Source: Candidatus Poribacteria bacterium (GTDB lineage Bacteria > Poribacteria > WGA-4E > WGA-3G). Taken from it: a stretch of DNA of 64,000 nt. A model generated the notes under the pieces. The model saw nothing but the letters and a program-made list of their open reading frames with translations. It did not search any database and was not told the origin of the DNA. This document shows positions 1 to 10,313 of this stretch, piece by piece (within the stretch, counting starts at the first letter, position 1; each line of letters begins with the position of its first letter). The stretch is from positions 65,889 to 129,888 of the forward strand of contig JAPPII010000061.1 of the NCBI GenBank assembly GCA_028820845.1, read 5' to 3'. A program made the position numbers and the translations under genes.

Positions 1-1199
1 CCACTATCTGTATCAGAAACGATCTTAACGAACCCGTCTGTCTCACGGAGTCCCAACGCCTTCCCATTTGCTGCGTAAGGGAACCTGCCTATCTTCACCT
101 CATAACCTTCAGTCGTTGCCTCTTCTTCTGTCATACCTGCATGTCCGATTTCAGGTAAGGTGAAAACACACCACGGGATCACCTGATAATCCATTTCGGT
201 GTTGGCACCGAGACAGTTTTCTGCAGCAACTTTTCCCTCTGCCGATGCGACGTGTGCCAACAGATACCGACTGGCAACATCTCCAACTGAGTAGATACTC
301 GGAACATTCGTCCGCATCTGCGTGTCAACAACAATTTTTCCGCTATCTGTGCGGACACCAACCTTTTCTAAACCTATCCCGTCTGTGTTATAACGTCTTC
401 CGATGGAAACCAGCATTTTTTCTGCGGTGAGTTCTTCACCCGATTCAAGCACTGCTGTGACATGTTCATCTGACTTTTTTACTTTCGTCAGTTTTGCACC
501 GGTATGGATAGTGATACCCTTTCGTTTCATGAATAGTTGGACGTGTCGGATAACTTGCGTATCTTCTGTCGCTAAAATTGTCGGTAGGAGTTCTAATATA
601 GTCACACGGCAACCAAATGCATTAAAGATAGAGGCGAATTCGCATCCCGAAACCCCGCCGCCAACGATGAGTAGGCTTTCAGGAAGTTCTGTGAGGTTGA
701 GGATACCTGTTGTTGTCAGGACTTGGTCCTCGTCAATTTCAAAAACGGGTGGTTCCGCAGGTTCTGAACCTGTAGCGATAATGACATTTTTCGCGTGTAA
801 CTCTTCAATTGTGCCGTCAGGTTTGTTAACGACTATCGTATTTTTATTCGTAAGTGCTGCTGTTCCTTTAAGGATGTTAACCTTGTTCGCTTTCAATAGT
901 TTGGCGATACCGCCTTCGAGCTGCTGGACGACCGAGGTCTTGTGGGTCAACACTTGGGTGTAGTCAATTGTTGCCTCGCCGTTGACTTGTACGCCAAAAG
1001 CAGGGGCTTCTTGAATCTGTGTCGCGAGGTTAGCGACAGCGAAAAGGGTTTTCGTTGGGATGCACCCACGGTTCAGGCAGGTTCCACCCCATTCTCCTTT
1101 TTCTATAAGGCAGACGTTCCCACCGAGTTGTGCAGCTTTGATGGCTGCAACATACCCACCTGGTCCCCCACCGATAATTCCGACATCATACGTGGACAT
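1..1199 (-). CDS. lpdA: dihydrolipoyl dehydrogenase (E3), N-terminal ~400 codons; the gene runs off the left edge
   Basis: Hand translation of the reverse strand from the ATG at 1199 gives MSTYDVGIIGGGPGGYVAAIKAAQLGGNVCLIEKGEWGGTCLNRGCIPTKT. This shows the FAD GxGxxG fold and the redox-active CLNxGC disulfide. There is no stop before position 1, so the ORF is missing from the track. Confidence 0.85.
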   Translation of the reverse strand, partial: MSTYDVGIIGGGPGGYVAAIKAAQLGGNVCLIEKGEWGGTCLNRGCIPTKTLFAVANLATQIQEAPAFGVQVNGEATIDYTQVLTHKTSVVQQLEGGIAKLLKANKVNILKGTAALTNKNTIVVNKPDGTIEELHAKNVIIATGSEPAEPPVFEIDEDQVLTTTGILNLTELPESLLIVGGGVSGCEFASIFNAFGCRVTILELLPTILATEDTQVIRHVQLFMKRKGITIHTGAKLTKVKKSDEHVTAVLESGEELTAEKMLVSIGRRYNTDGIGLEKVGVRTDSGKIVVDTQMRTNVPSIYSVGDVASRYLLAHVASAEGKVAAENCLGANTEMDYQVIPWCVFTLPEIGHAGMTEEEATTEGYEVKIGRFPYAANGKALGLRETDGFVKIVSDTDS

Positions 1200-1289
1200 A
1201 GCTACTCCTATCTTGCAAAATCACCTTAATTTTATCACGAAGATTGAGGGTTGTCAAGTGGATGTGAGTTTGGTATCTATAGACGGAAT

Positions 1290-1318
1290 TTGACAAAAAA
1301 AGCAAAGCATGCTACAGT
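1290..1318 (+). promoter_or_regulatory. sigma70-like promoter for ggt (TTGACA-17-TACAGT)
   Basis: TTGACA at 1290-1295, a 17 nt spacer and TACAGT at 1313-1318, about 30 nt upstream of the ggt RBS (AGGAGG). Confidence 0.4.
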
Positions 1319-1347
1319 GGTGACAATCCAAAGGTAGGAGGAAGTGG

Positions 1348-2958
1348 ATGTTTGACGGGTATCGTCCGAACCAATTCGGACCTGGACGTTCGGCTGTTAT
1401 TTGCCAACACGGGGCTGTTGCAACGAGTCAACCACTTGCGGCGCAAGGTGGATTGCAAATTCTGCGCGACGGTGGCAACGCTTTTGATGCAGCGGTCGCC
1501 ACGGCTGCAATACTCAACGTCGTTGAACCGATGTCAACCGGTATCGGCGGGGATGCCTTTATGCTGGTTTACCAGCCTCAAGATGGCGTAATCCGAGGCT
1601 TAAACGCGAGTGGGAGGGCACCTTACGCTGCGGAATCCGAATTCTTTACCAAACAGGGGTTAGTTAGTATTCCTGCCTTCGGGAGTATGTACGCCGTTAC
1701 AGTCCCTGGTACAATTGATGGGTGGGCAACACTCTTAGAGGAATGTGGAACGATGTCGTTAGCAGAAGTGCTTCAACCTGCTATTGACTACGCTGAGAAA
1801 GGTTTCCCAGTGAGCCCTCAGATTTCGCTTGCGTGGCAAGAAAGTGCTGCAATGTTGGCACAGCATCCAGATACAGCGCAGACCTATCTTACTAACGGAA
1901 AAGCACCAGCACCGGGCGAGATATTTCGACAACCCAACCTCGCGCGGAGTTTTCGACGCATTGCAGAAGGCGGTCGGGACGCATTCTATAAAGGTGAGAT
2001 TGCCGAAAAAATTGTAAAGTTCTCTGATGAAAATGGAGGTTTATTGACTTTACAGGATTTTGCCGAACACAGATCTGATTGGGTGGAGCCAATTTCTACC
2101 GATTATCGCGGCTATGATATCTATGAGATTCCACCGAATGGACAGGGCATTGCTGCGCTACTCGCACTTAATATCGTTGAAGGGTTTGACCTCGGAACGA
2201 TGGGACATAATAGCCCTGAACATCTACACTATGCCATTGAAGCGATGAAATTAGGATTCGCGGATCTCTACAAATATGTAACAGATCCAACATTTGTAGA
2301 TGTTCCCGTAGACGGACTACTGTCTGACGCTTATACGCGGTGCCAACGCGCTCGCATTTCACCAGAACGGGCAAATATGGCACCGAATCCAGGGCTTCCT
2401 TCAATGGGCAGTGATACTGTATATCTCTGTGCAGTTGACAGTGAACGAAACGTTGTCTCCTTTATTAATAGTATTTTTGCTGGGTTCGGTTCACACTTAG
2501 TTGCCGGTGATACAGGTATTGTGTTGCAAAATCGAGGGGCAGGTTTCTCCCTTGACGCGGACCATGCTAACTGTATTGCTCCGCATAAACGGACGCTGCA
2601 CACAATTATTCCCGGGATGATTGCTCGAAATGGGGCACCTCTGGTTACGTTCGGAGTCATGGGTGGACAGATGCAAACACAAGGTCATTTACAGTTTGTG
2701 TGTAATCTCGTAGATTTCAATATGGACGTTCAGAATGCGTTGGACGCGCCTCGGTTTCGAGTGATGGATGATTCGCGGGTTATACTGGAAACGGGTATTC
2801 CGATGAATACACAGGCAGCGTTGGCGCAAAAAGGGCATCATATCATACCTGGCAGCACTTTCTTTGGTGGCGGACAAGCCATTTTTGTCAATCCGGCCTT
2901 TGATACGCTCATTGCGGGTTCGGATCCGAGGCGTGATGGTTGTGCGGTCGGTTATTGA
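1348..2958 (+). CDS. ggt: gamma-glutamyltranspeptidase
   Basis: 536 aa ORF. It shows GGT family hallmarks (AVATSQPLAAQ.G..IL..GGNA.DAAVA, GIGGD.FMLVY), the autoprocessing Thr context GSDTVYLCAVD, and MGGQMQ near the C-terminus. Confidence 0.85.
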   Translation: MFDGYRPNQFGPGRSAVICQHGAVATSQPLAAQGGLQILRDGGNAFDAAVATAAILNVVEPMSTGIGGDAFMLVYQPQDGVIRGLNASGRAPYAAESEFFTKQGLVSIPAFGSMYAVTVPGTIDGWATLLEECGTMSLAEVLQPAIDYAEKGFPVSPQISLAWQESAAMLAQHPDTAQTYLTNGKAPAPGEIFRQPNLARSFRRIAEGGRDAFYKGEIAEKIVKFSDENGGLLTLQDFAEHRSDWVEPISTDYRGYDIYEIPPNGQGIAALLALNIVEGFDLGTMGHNSPEHLHYAIEAMKLGFADLYKYVTDPTFVDVPVDGLLSDAYTRCQRARISPERANMAPNPGLPSMGSDTVYLCAVDSERNVVSFINSIFAGFGSHLVAGDTGIVLQNRGAGFSLDADHANCIAPHKRTLHTIIPGMIARNGAPLVTFGVMGGQMQTQGHLQFVCNLVDFNMDVQNALDAPRFRVMDDSRVILETGIPMNTQAALAQKGHHIIPGSTFFGGGQAIFVNPAFDTLIAGSDPRRDGCAVGY

Positions 2959-2975
2959 GGCATCAGGGAATTTTC

Positions 2976-3004
2976 TTGACTTTTGGGGCGAATTAAAGTA
3001 TAAT
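2976..3004 (+). promoter_or_regulatory. near-perfect sigma70 promoter (TTGACT-17-TATAAT) ahead of gltB
   Basis: TTGACT at 2976-2981, a 17 nt spacer and TATAAT at 2999-3004. This implies a ~345 nt 5' leader before the ATG at 3355. Confidence 0.55.
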
Positions 3005-3354
3005 ATTAACGGTAGTAGATGACTTTGGCAGAATAACTGAAGACCGAATCACATAAGCCCGCCAAGCCGGTTGTGAATCACTCATGTGATTCCAATGGCT
3101 CTCTCTTGCCCTGGGGCGCGCTATCTCCGGCAGGATACGAGTAGCCAGCGTCCGTAAAACCGTAAAGAGATTCTATCCAATCTTTAAAACGGAGTCCGTT
3201 TTCCGGTTGTTTGTACCCTTAATAAAAAAGGGCAGGGCTGAGGCATGTGAACCGCACCCTAAAAATTAAAATACAAGATAGCGGCGGTAGCAAATTCGCT
3301 TTACGATATCAATGCAAGAGAACATAGAAGAACGTATGGAGAATCAGTTGACAG

Positions 3355-6300
3355 ATGTATAGAGATTTAAATGAAAAGGATGCCTGTGGTGTCGGTTTTG
3401 TCGCGAACCGTTTTGGGAATCGGAGCCACGAGATTATTGAGATGGCGACGCAAGCGGTTACGAACTTGACACACCGGGGCGCGGTGGCGGCTGATGCAAA
3501 GACAGGTGATGGCGCGGGTATCTTAACACAAATTCCGGAGAAATTATTTCAAAAACAGTTGGCGAAACTCGGAGTTCGCTTGGACGCGATAACTGACCTG
3601 GGTGTGGGAATGATTTTCCTACCAAGGCGCGATCAGGACGCGCAGCGACAAAGCCGAGCACTCGTTGAAAAGACGTTGCAACAGTATGGTATGCCATTTC
3701 TCGGATGGCGTTCGGTCCCGGTTAATACGGCTGCGCTTGGCGATAAAGCATTAGAAACACTGCCGGAAATTCAGCAGGTATTGGTAGGGCGACCAGAGCA
3801 ACTCTCTGACGACGATTTTGAGCGGTCGTTGTATTTGATATGTAAAGAACTGGAACACCGTGTTGCAGCGGCTTCGCTGGATGACGAATTCCATATCGCC
3901 TCTTTTTCACATCGGACGATCGTCTACAAAGGATTGCTGGTAGCACCCCAGTTGGTGCCGTTTTATCTTGACCTAAAAGATTCGGATTTCCAAGCAGCAC
4001 TTGCTGTTTTCCATCAGCGCTATAGCACGAATACCTCTTCCACCTGGATGCTTGCCCAACCCTTCCACATGCTTGCACACAATGGTGAAATTAACACCTT
4101 GATGGGGAATCGGAATTGGATGCGGGCGCGTGAAGCCGACTTACAATCCCCCCTCTGGAATGAACATATCCAAAAACTCGTTCCGATTATTAACAAACAA
4201 GGGAGCGATTCAATGAGCTTGGATAACGTGTTAGAGTTGTTGACACACTCTGACCGTAGTATCTTGCACGCCATGATGTGCTTGATCCCAGAAGCTTATG
4301 AGCAGATTCCGGATATGCCGGATGTGTTGAAAACCTGCTACGAGTATCTTTCTTGTGTTAGTGAACCGTGGGACGGACCGGCGGCTGTCGCCTTTACGGA
4401 TGGTGTTGTTGTCGGCGCGAGTCTTGATAGAAATGGACTACGTCCCGCACGCTACAAAGTCACAGAGGATGGCACGGTCGTCATGGGGTCCGAAGTTGGC
4501 ATCATTGAACTTGATGAAAGTCGGATCATTGAAAAAGGTCGTTTGGGCCCCGGACAGATGATCGCTGTAGATACATCAGAAGGCAAATTGTTGAAAGATT
4601 CGGAGATTAAGCACAGTATTGCCAATCAGAAACCTTATGCTGAATGGGTTCAGAAAGGCACTGTAACCCTTCCTACCGATAAAATCAGTTCATCTGCTAC
4701 GGCGGAGACCGTTCCTGATCAGCTTCCTATATATCAGAAAGCCTTCGGATATATGACAGAGGATATAGAGCGATTTATCAAACCGATGATAACGGAAGCG
4801 AAAGAGGCAGTCGGTTCAATGGGTGATGATACGCCACCTGCTGTGATTTCTCGGCATCCGCGTTCGCTCTATAGTTACTTCAAACAACGTTTTGCGCAAG
4901 TTACAAATCCACCTATTGACTCAATCCGAGAGCGTTTGGTAATGTCGCTGACAACACACTTGGGGCGACATCATAGTTTGCTCACGGAAACGCCAGCGCA
5001 CGCTCGGCTCATTCGGCTACCCTCGCCAATTTTGACAAATACGGGCTTACACGCACTGCGGGAACTTGATATACCCGATTTTCAAGTGGAAACACTTTCT
5101 GTCTGTTTCCCGGTGGCTGCAGGTAAACAGGGCTTGGAAGATGCACTGGAAACGTTATGTCAACGCGCCTCTAAGGCAGTCGATGCTGGAAAAACGCTCC
5201 TTGTGTTGAGTGACAAAGATGTTAATTCTGACTTCGCACCAATTCCTATGGCACTTGCTGTTGGTGCTGTGCATCATCATCTGATCCGTGAAGGAAAGCG
5301 GATGCGAGCGAGTCTCATCGCTGAAACTGGAGATGCAAGAGAAGAGCATCATTTTGCTGTGCTTCTTGGTTATGGCGCAGCGGCGGTTAACCCCTACCTC
5401 GCGATTTCAACGATTGCCCAACTTGCCGCGGACGGTGAATTTGAAGAACTGACGGCAGAGAAAGCGATTGAGACCTATAAGGAAACTGTCGAAAAAGGTA
5501 TCCTGAAAATTATGGCGAAGATGGGTATTTCGGCGGTATCAAGTTACAGGGGAGCGCAAATTTTTGAAGCGCTCGGTATTAATGCGACGGTTATTAATAA
5601 GTGTTTTACAGGTACTACTTCTCGCTTAAGTGGCATCGGTTTTGCAGAAATCGCCGCTGAAACGCTTCACTTCCACACAAAAGCGTTTTTAGAAATTGAT
5701 GACGATGTTTCACTGGAAGAAGCAGGTTACTTCCGATTTCGGCGAAACGGGGAATTTCATGCGTTCAACCCGACGATGTTTAAAGCACTTCACAAGTTTG
5801 TTAAGGGTGGTGAGTCGGAAGATTATGATAAATATGCTGCTGCTGTTGAAAGTGGAGAGCCCTCCAGTTTACGGGATCTGCTTGCGTTCGGACCGAGTAC
5901 GCCTATTCCAATTGAGGAAGTGGAACCCGCAGAGGATATTGTTCGACGTTTCACAACCGGTAGTATGTCTTTTGGCGCATTAAGTCGTGAGACGCATGAA
6001 ACCTTAGCAATTGCTATGAATCGTCTTGGTGCGAAATCGGGAAGCGGAGAAGGCGGCGAGAATAGTACCCGCTTCAAACGTCAACCCAATGGGGACCTCG
6101 CCTCCAGCGCGATTAAGCAGGTAGCATCAGGACGTTTCGGTGTAACGCCAACATATCTCGCCTCGGCGCGGGAATTGGAAATCAAGATGGCACAAGGATC
6201 GAAACCGGGAGAGGGTGGGCAAATTCCAGGGCACAAGGTGACCGCTGAAATTGCCGCACTTCGACACTCTATCCCCGGGGTGCCACTGATTTCACCACCA

Positions 6301-7851
6301 CCACATCACGACATCTATTCTATTGAGGATTTGGCGCAGCTCATCTACGATCTGAAGCAGGCAAATCCACAGGCAAAGGTTGCTGTAAAGTTGGTATCTG
6401 AATTTCTCGTTGGAACTATTGCATCCGGGGTTGCAAAGGGCTATGCTGATGTGATCCAGGTAAGTGGACATGAAGGCGGAACAGGGGCGTCACCACTTAG
6501 TTCCATTAAAAACGCAGGAACACCTTGGGAACTCGGGCTCGCGGAGACCCAGCGTGCCCTCGTACAAAATGAATTACGAGATCGTGTGGTATTACGGGCA
6601 GATGGCGGAATGCGCTCTGGGCGCGATATTGTTATGGCTGCGATGTTAGGAGCGGAAGAATACGGTTTCGGGACGATAGCGATGGTCGCAACGGGATGTG
6701 TCATGGCGCGCCAGTGTCATTTAAATACATGTCCGGTTGGCGTAGCCACTCAGGATCCCGCGCTCCGTGCGAAATATCCCGGGACACCAGAGATGGTTGT
6801 CAATTTCATGCTTGGTGTAGCGAACGAAGTCCGAGCGATCCTCGCGAATCTTGGGCACCGATCCTTAAACGATGTTATTGGGCGACCAGAATTGCTCCAA
6901 CCAATTGATTTGGTGGAGTATCCGAAGGCAGCGATGCTGAATTTGGACGAAATTCTGATGCCTGCTGATCCGACGGGAACCCAGCCACGCTATCATCTAC
7001 AGGAGCGGAATGATCGCGAAGATAAGCCTCTTGATAATCAGATTCTGGAAGATGCAGCGAAAGCAATTACACAGAAAACATCAATTCAACTTTCTTATCC
7101 TATCCAAAATACGAATCGAACAGTAGGGGCGCGATTATCTGGCGAGATTGCGAAACACTATGGCGATGCCGGTCTGCCTGATAGAACAATTCAGTGTAAT
7201 TTTGAAGGCAGTGCTGGTCAGAGCTTCGGCGCCTTCTGTATCAGCGGTGTGCAGTTCGTATTAACCGGAGAAGCCAATGACTATGTAGGTAAAGGTATTG
7301 CAGGTGGTGAGCTTATTATTAAACCTGCTCCGACTGTGTCGTTCCAAACTTATGAGAATACGATTATCGGCAATACCGTATTGTATGGTGCCACAGGCGG
7401 CGCACTTTACGCAGCTGGGAGAGCTGGTGAACGGTTCTGCGTCCGAAATAGTGGTGCAACCGCTGTCGTTGAAGGGGTTGGAGACCACGGTTGTGAATAC
7501 ATGACCGCAGGGGTGGTTGTGATTCTTGGCGAAACTGGTAGAAACTTTGGGGCCGGAATGACAGGCGGCACTGCCTATGTCCTTGACGAAGAACAACAGT
7601 TTGAGAAGAAGTATAATTCGGATTGGGTGAAACTGGAGAAAGTGACCAATGAAACGGATATTAAGAATCTGCTGGCACTCATACAAAATCACGCCGCGTA
7701 CACTGGGAGCCAATATGCTGAGAATATTCTGACGAATTGGGAGACTTTCCTTCCACACTTCTGGAAGGTTGTGACCCCGCCGCCACCGCCACCACCAGCT
7801 CCTGTCCAACTTAAAAGGAGAGCTGCAACGCGGAGAACGCGGAAACGGTAA
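3355..7851 (+). CDS. gltB: glutamate synthase large chain, ferredoxin-type architecture (no small subunit gene follows)
   Basis: 1498 aa ORF. It has the N-terminal Ntn amidotransferase Cys (DACGVGFVA), a central FMN/3Fe-4S domain (SGEGGE..., KMAQGSKPGEGGQIPG, ISPPPHHDIYSIEDL) and a C-terminal GXGXG beta-helix. The tail ends in PPPPPPPAP plus an Arg/Lys-rich stretch. Confidence 0.9.
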   Translation: MYRDLNEKDACGVGFVANRFGNRSHEIIEMATQAVTNLTHRGAVAADAKTGDGAGILTQIPEKLFQKQLAKLGVRLDAITDLGVGMIFLPRRDQDAQRQSRALVEKTLQQYGMPFLGWRSVPVNTAALGDKALETLPEIQQVLVGRPEQLSDDDFERSLYLICKELEHRVAAASLDDEFHIASFSHRTIVYKGLLVAPQLVPFYLDLKDSDFQAALAVFHQRYSTNTSSTWMLAQPFHMLAHNGEINTLMGNRNWMRAREADLQSPLWNEHIQKLVPIINKQGSDSMSLDNVLELLTHSDRSILHAMMCLIPEAYEQIPDMPDVLKTCYEYLSCVSEPWDGPAAVAFTDGVVVGASLDRNGLRPARYKVTEDGTVVMGSEVGIIELDESRIIEKGRLGPGQMIAVDTSEGKLLKDSEIKHSIANQKPYAEWVQKGTVTLPTDKISSSATAETVPDQLPIYQKAFGYMTEDIERFIKPMITEAKEAVGSMGDDTPPAVISRHPRSLYSYFKQRFAQVTNPPIDSIRERLVMSLTTHLGRHHSLLTETPAHARLIRLPSPILTNTGLHALRELDIPDFQVETLSVCFPVAAGKQGLEDALETLCQRASKAVDAGKTLLVLSDKDVNSDFAPIPMALAVGAVHHHLIREGKRMRASLIAETGDAREEHHFAVLLGYGAAAVNPYLAISTIAQLAADGEFEELTAEKAIETYKETVEKGILKIMAKMGISAVSSYRGAQIFEALGINATVINKCFTGTTSRLSGIGFAEIAAETLHFHTKAFLEIDDDVSLEEAGYFRFRRNGEFHAFNPTMFKALHKFVKGGESEDYDKYAAAVESGEPSSLRDLLAFGPSTPIPIEEVEPAEDIVRRFTTGSMSFGALSRETHETLAIAMNRLGAKSGSGEGGENSTRFKRQPNGDLASSAIKQVASGRFGVTPTYLASARELEIKMAQGSKPGEGGQIPGHKVTAEIAALRHSIPGVPLISPPPHHDIYSIEDLAQLIYDLKQANPQAKVAVKLVSEFLVGTIASGVAKGYADVIQVSGHEGGTGASPLSSIKNAGTPWELGLAETQRALVQNELRDRVVLRADGGMRSGRDIVMAAMLGAEEYGFGTIAMVATGCVMARQCHLNTCPVGVATQDPALRAKYPGTPEMVVNFMLGVANEVRAILANLGHRSLNDVIGRPELLQPIDLVEYPKAAMLNLDEILMPADPTGTQPRYHLQERNDREDKPLDNQILEDAAKAITQKTSIQLSYPIQNTNRTVGARLSGEIAKHYGDAGLPDRTIQCNFEGSAGQSFGAFCISGVQFVLTGEANDYVGKGIAGGELIIKPAPTVSFQTYENTIIGNTVLYGATGGALYAAGRAGERFCVRNSGATAVVEGVGDHGCEYMTAGVVVILGETGRNFGAGMTGGTAYVLDEEQQFEKKYNSDWVKLEKVTNETDIKNLLALIQNHAAYTGSQYAENILTNWETFLPHFWKVVTPPPPPPPAPVQLKRRAATRRTRKR

Positions 7852-7940
7852 AGGATATATTCAAGGGTGGGTTTAGAAGAAAGTCTTGCTTGAGGCGAGT
7901 TTCCAGTTCTGTCGATAATAGTGTTATTTTGCAAAAGAAA

Positions 7941-7970
7941 AAGGCAGCGAATGCTGCCTTTTTCTTTTTT
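7941..7970. terminator. bidirectional rho-independent terminator between gltB and exbD
   Basis: Stem AAGGCAGC / GCTGCCTT with loop GAAT. It is flanked by an A-run on the left and a T-run on the right, and sits between convergent genes. Confidence 0.6.
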
Positions 7971-7987
7971 TAACTGCGTTGTATCCT

Positions 7988-8410
7988 TCAGTCTTCTTCC
8001 GATACCGCAAAAGCGATTTCGAGCCCCTCCGTTTTACTGGAGCGTTGTTTCGCTCGTTCTACCACGTCAATGACGACACCGTGTTTTGCACGTTTGTCCG
8101 CCTTGATAATCAAAGTGCTAATCTGGTTTTCATGTGCGGCAATGAAAAGTTCCATATCTTCCAGAGTTAACATTTCCTGATCATCAATCGATATGCGTCC
8201 GTCAGTACTAATGAAAAGGTTGTACTTCTTGCGTGTGAATTCGTGCTTCGTAGCGGAATCGGGTAAGGTGACGGTGAAAGGCGGAGGAACCCGCATAACA
8301 GCAGACACCATGAAAAAGATCAGGAGCAAGAATACACAATCAATCATAGGTGCCATCGGGATGTCATCATCATCGCCCGTTTTTTTCCGTCGACTCATGT
8401 TCAAAGCCAT
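7988..8410 (-). CDS. exbD: ExbD/TolR biopolymer transport protein
   Basis: 140 aa ORF. N-terminal PMAPMIDCVFLLLIFFMVS transmembrane anchor followed by a periplasmic domain typical of ExbD/TolR. Confidence 0.8.
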   Translation of the reverse strand: MALNMSRRKKTGDDDDIPMAPMIDCVFLLLIFFMVSAVMRVPPPFTVTLPDSATKHEFTRKKYNLFISTDGRISIDDQEMLTLEDMELFIAAHENQISTLIIKADKRAKHGVVIDVVERAKQRSSKTEGLEIAFAVSEED

Positions 8411-8462
8411 CTGAATTCTCCTTCTATAGAGGGTGGCATGCTATGTACGTCGCACGGAGCGT

Positions 8463-8912
8463 TCACTCCCTTGCGACGATAGCGAACCCGATTTTGTCTA
8501 TACCTGCCTGTTTCGCTATATCCATCACCTGAACGATCTGTTCATGAAGGACTTCTCGCTCGGATTGGATAATCAGCATGCTTGTCGCTTCCTCTGGTGC
8601 GTTGATGAACTGGTTAAACATTTCATCAATTTGGACGACAGTGTCGTTCAGCACCATAGTGCCTCTATCTTCACCGGGTTCCGGATTCGCGATTCGGACA
8701 GTCAGCCCTTTCGGTTTATCAGGTGAAGGTTTCCCTGGTGGGGGCAACTGCACCCGAAGCCCTGGAATGGGTGAGAAAGTTGTTGACACCATGAAGAAGA
8801 TCAGGAGCAGGAATACGCAATCAATCATAGGTGCCATACTGAGTGTTGGCGGCTTACGTTCTCTGATTTTCGTCGCAAGCAAACTCAATTTGGCTTCACC
8901 ATTTTGTTGCAT
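8463..8912 (-). CDS. exbD: ExbD/TolR biopolymer transport protein (paralog)
   Basis: 149 aa ORF. It carries the same SMAPMIDCVFLLLIFFMVS anchor as the neighbouring gene. Confidence 0.8.
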   Translation of the reverse strand: MQQNGEAKLSLLATKIRERKPPTLSMAPMIDCVFLLLIFFMVSTTFSPIPGLRVQLPPPGKPSPDKPKGLTVRIANPEPGEDRGTMVLNDTVVQIDEMFNQFINAPEEATSMLIIQSEREVLHEQIVQVMDIAKQAGIDKIGFAIVARE

Positions 8913-9025
8913 TTCAAAGTCTCCTTTCTCGTTGATGAGATTAGGGTTAAGGTATGCTGACCTTGTGTTCCCTACAAAGTCTGTAAGGAGAGGGCGGAAT
9001 GTAGTCTATCCGCCCGTTCCAAGAC

Positions 9026-10015
9026 TTAGGCTTCGCCTTCACCAACAATCAGCTGGTTCACAATCTCGGTGGAAACCTGAGAGATTTCGACCATGTGTCT
9101 GTTAACCCAGCTATCAAAGAGTTGGAAGAAAATCAGGCAAGGAATAGCAACTGTCAAGCCAGCAGCAGTTGTAAGGAGCGCCTGTGAGATACCACCTGCG
9201 AGCTGCTGTGGGTCACCCGTCCCTTCAAGTGCGATTGTAGTAAAGGCACTAATCATACCTGTAACAGTTCCCAGCAAGCCGAAGAGCGGAGAAACGACTG
9301 CGACGGTACCGAGGACCGGCAGGTTTCTTTCGAGTTCAGGAATTTCAAGGAGACTTGCTTCTTCGATTGCTTCCTGAATTTCCTCTTTAGTAATATCACG
9401 TTCTTCAATTTGCGCTTGACTGTATCGAAGCAGTCCAGCTTTAAGGACGTTAGCGAGGGGCCCGCCAGCTTCTTCACAAATCGAGACGGCTTCCATAATG
9501 TTCTCTTTCCGGAGGGAATCAGCGATACTGGCGATAAACTGTTCAGTTCCAATTCGGGAACGACTCCGGACAAAAGTGAAGAGCCTTTCGATAATGAAGG
9601 TTAGTGCGGTGATAGAACAGAGTGCCAGTGGCCAAAAGACGAATCCGAACTTCTGGAAGAAAGTTACGATATTGTCTTTTTTCGTCATCTTGAGGGGGAC
9701 GAAGTGGTCACCGCCATTAACAACTGTAACAGGTTTACCAAGCCGGTCGCCGTATCCTTCTCTATAAATACTGATGAGGTAGCGGCCTGCTGGAATACCA
9801 GAACGTTCATAATCGCCGTTGGCATCGGTCATTGCCTCAAATTCTTCTCCACTTTGGGCAACAATTTTAACCTCAACACCGTCAATCGGATTTTGTGCAG
9901 TCGTCGTATCAACAATCTGACCACGAACAGTTCCGCCGCTGTCTTGTGCGAGAACCGTACCAGCCGACATGCCGATACAAGCGATTAACATTAACACTAA
10001 ACTAAAACGAGTCAT
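9026..10015 (-). CDS. exbB: MotA/TolQ/ExbB proton-channel protein with an N-terminal periplasmic carboxypeptidase-regulatory-like domain
   Basis: 329 aa ORF with a signal peptide. A GTVRGQIVD...DGVEVKIV...TDANGDYERSGIPAGRYLISIYREGY beta-sandwich is followed by three TM segments and the ExbB motif LGLLGTVTGMISAF...AGGISQALLTTAAGL. Confidence 0.8.
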   Translation of the reverse strand: MTRFSLVLMLIACIGMSAGTVLAQDSGGTVRGQIVDTTTAQNPIDGVEVKIVAQSGEEFEAMTDANGDYERSGIPAGRYLISIYREGYGDRLGKPVTVVNGGDHFVPLKMTKKDNIVTFFQKFGFVFWPLALCSITALTFIIERLFTFVRSRSRIGTEQFIASIADSLRKENIMEAVSICEEAGGPLANVLKAGLLRYSQAQIEERDITKEEIQEAIEEASLLEIPELERNLPVLGTVAVVSPLFGLLGTVTGMISAFTTIALEGTGDPQQLAGGISQALLTTAAGLTVAIPCLIFFQLFDSWVNRHMVEISQVSTEIVNQLIVGEGEA

Positions 10016-10313
10016 TCGTTCTAATCCTCCTTAGGGTAACTTGCCGAATACGGCGGCAAGTCTCTACAAGTCATTTAATAAAGTAAGGTATTGTGTGGAT
10101 AAGGCGTAAACCTTTGTCCAACTACTCGGTTTTGTTTGTACTTGATCATTTCAGAAATTACACAGTTTCAGGTCGCGGCATCGTTGTGTTAAAACGCGCC
10201 TACCGTTCACAGCACCGTTCTCATAAAGAACACCTGAATGCTTAAGAAGTTACGCGCTTAATTCAAGTGTTAGAGAAGATAATATCCCAAATGGTATAGT
10301 GAGACGGGAGAAA

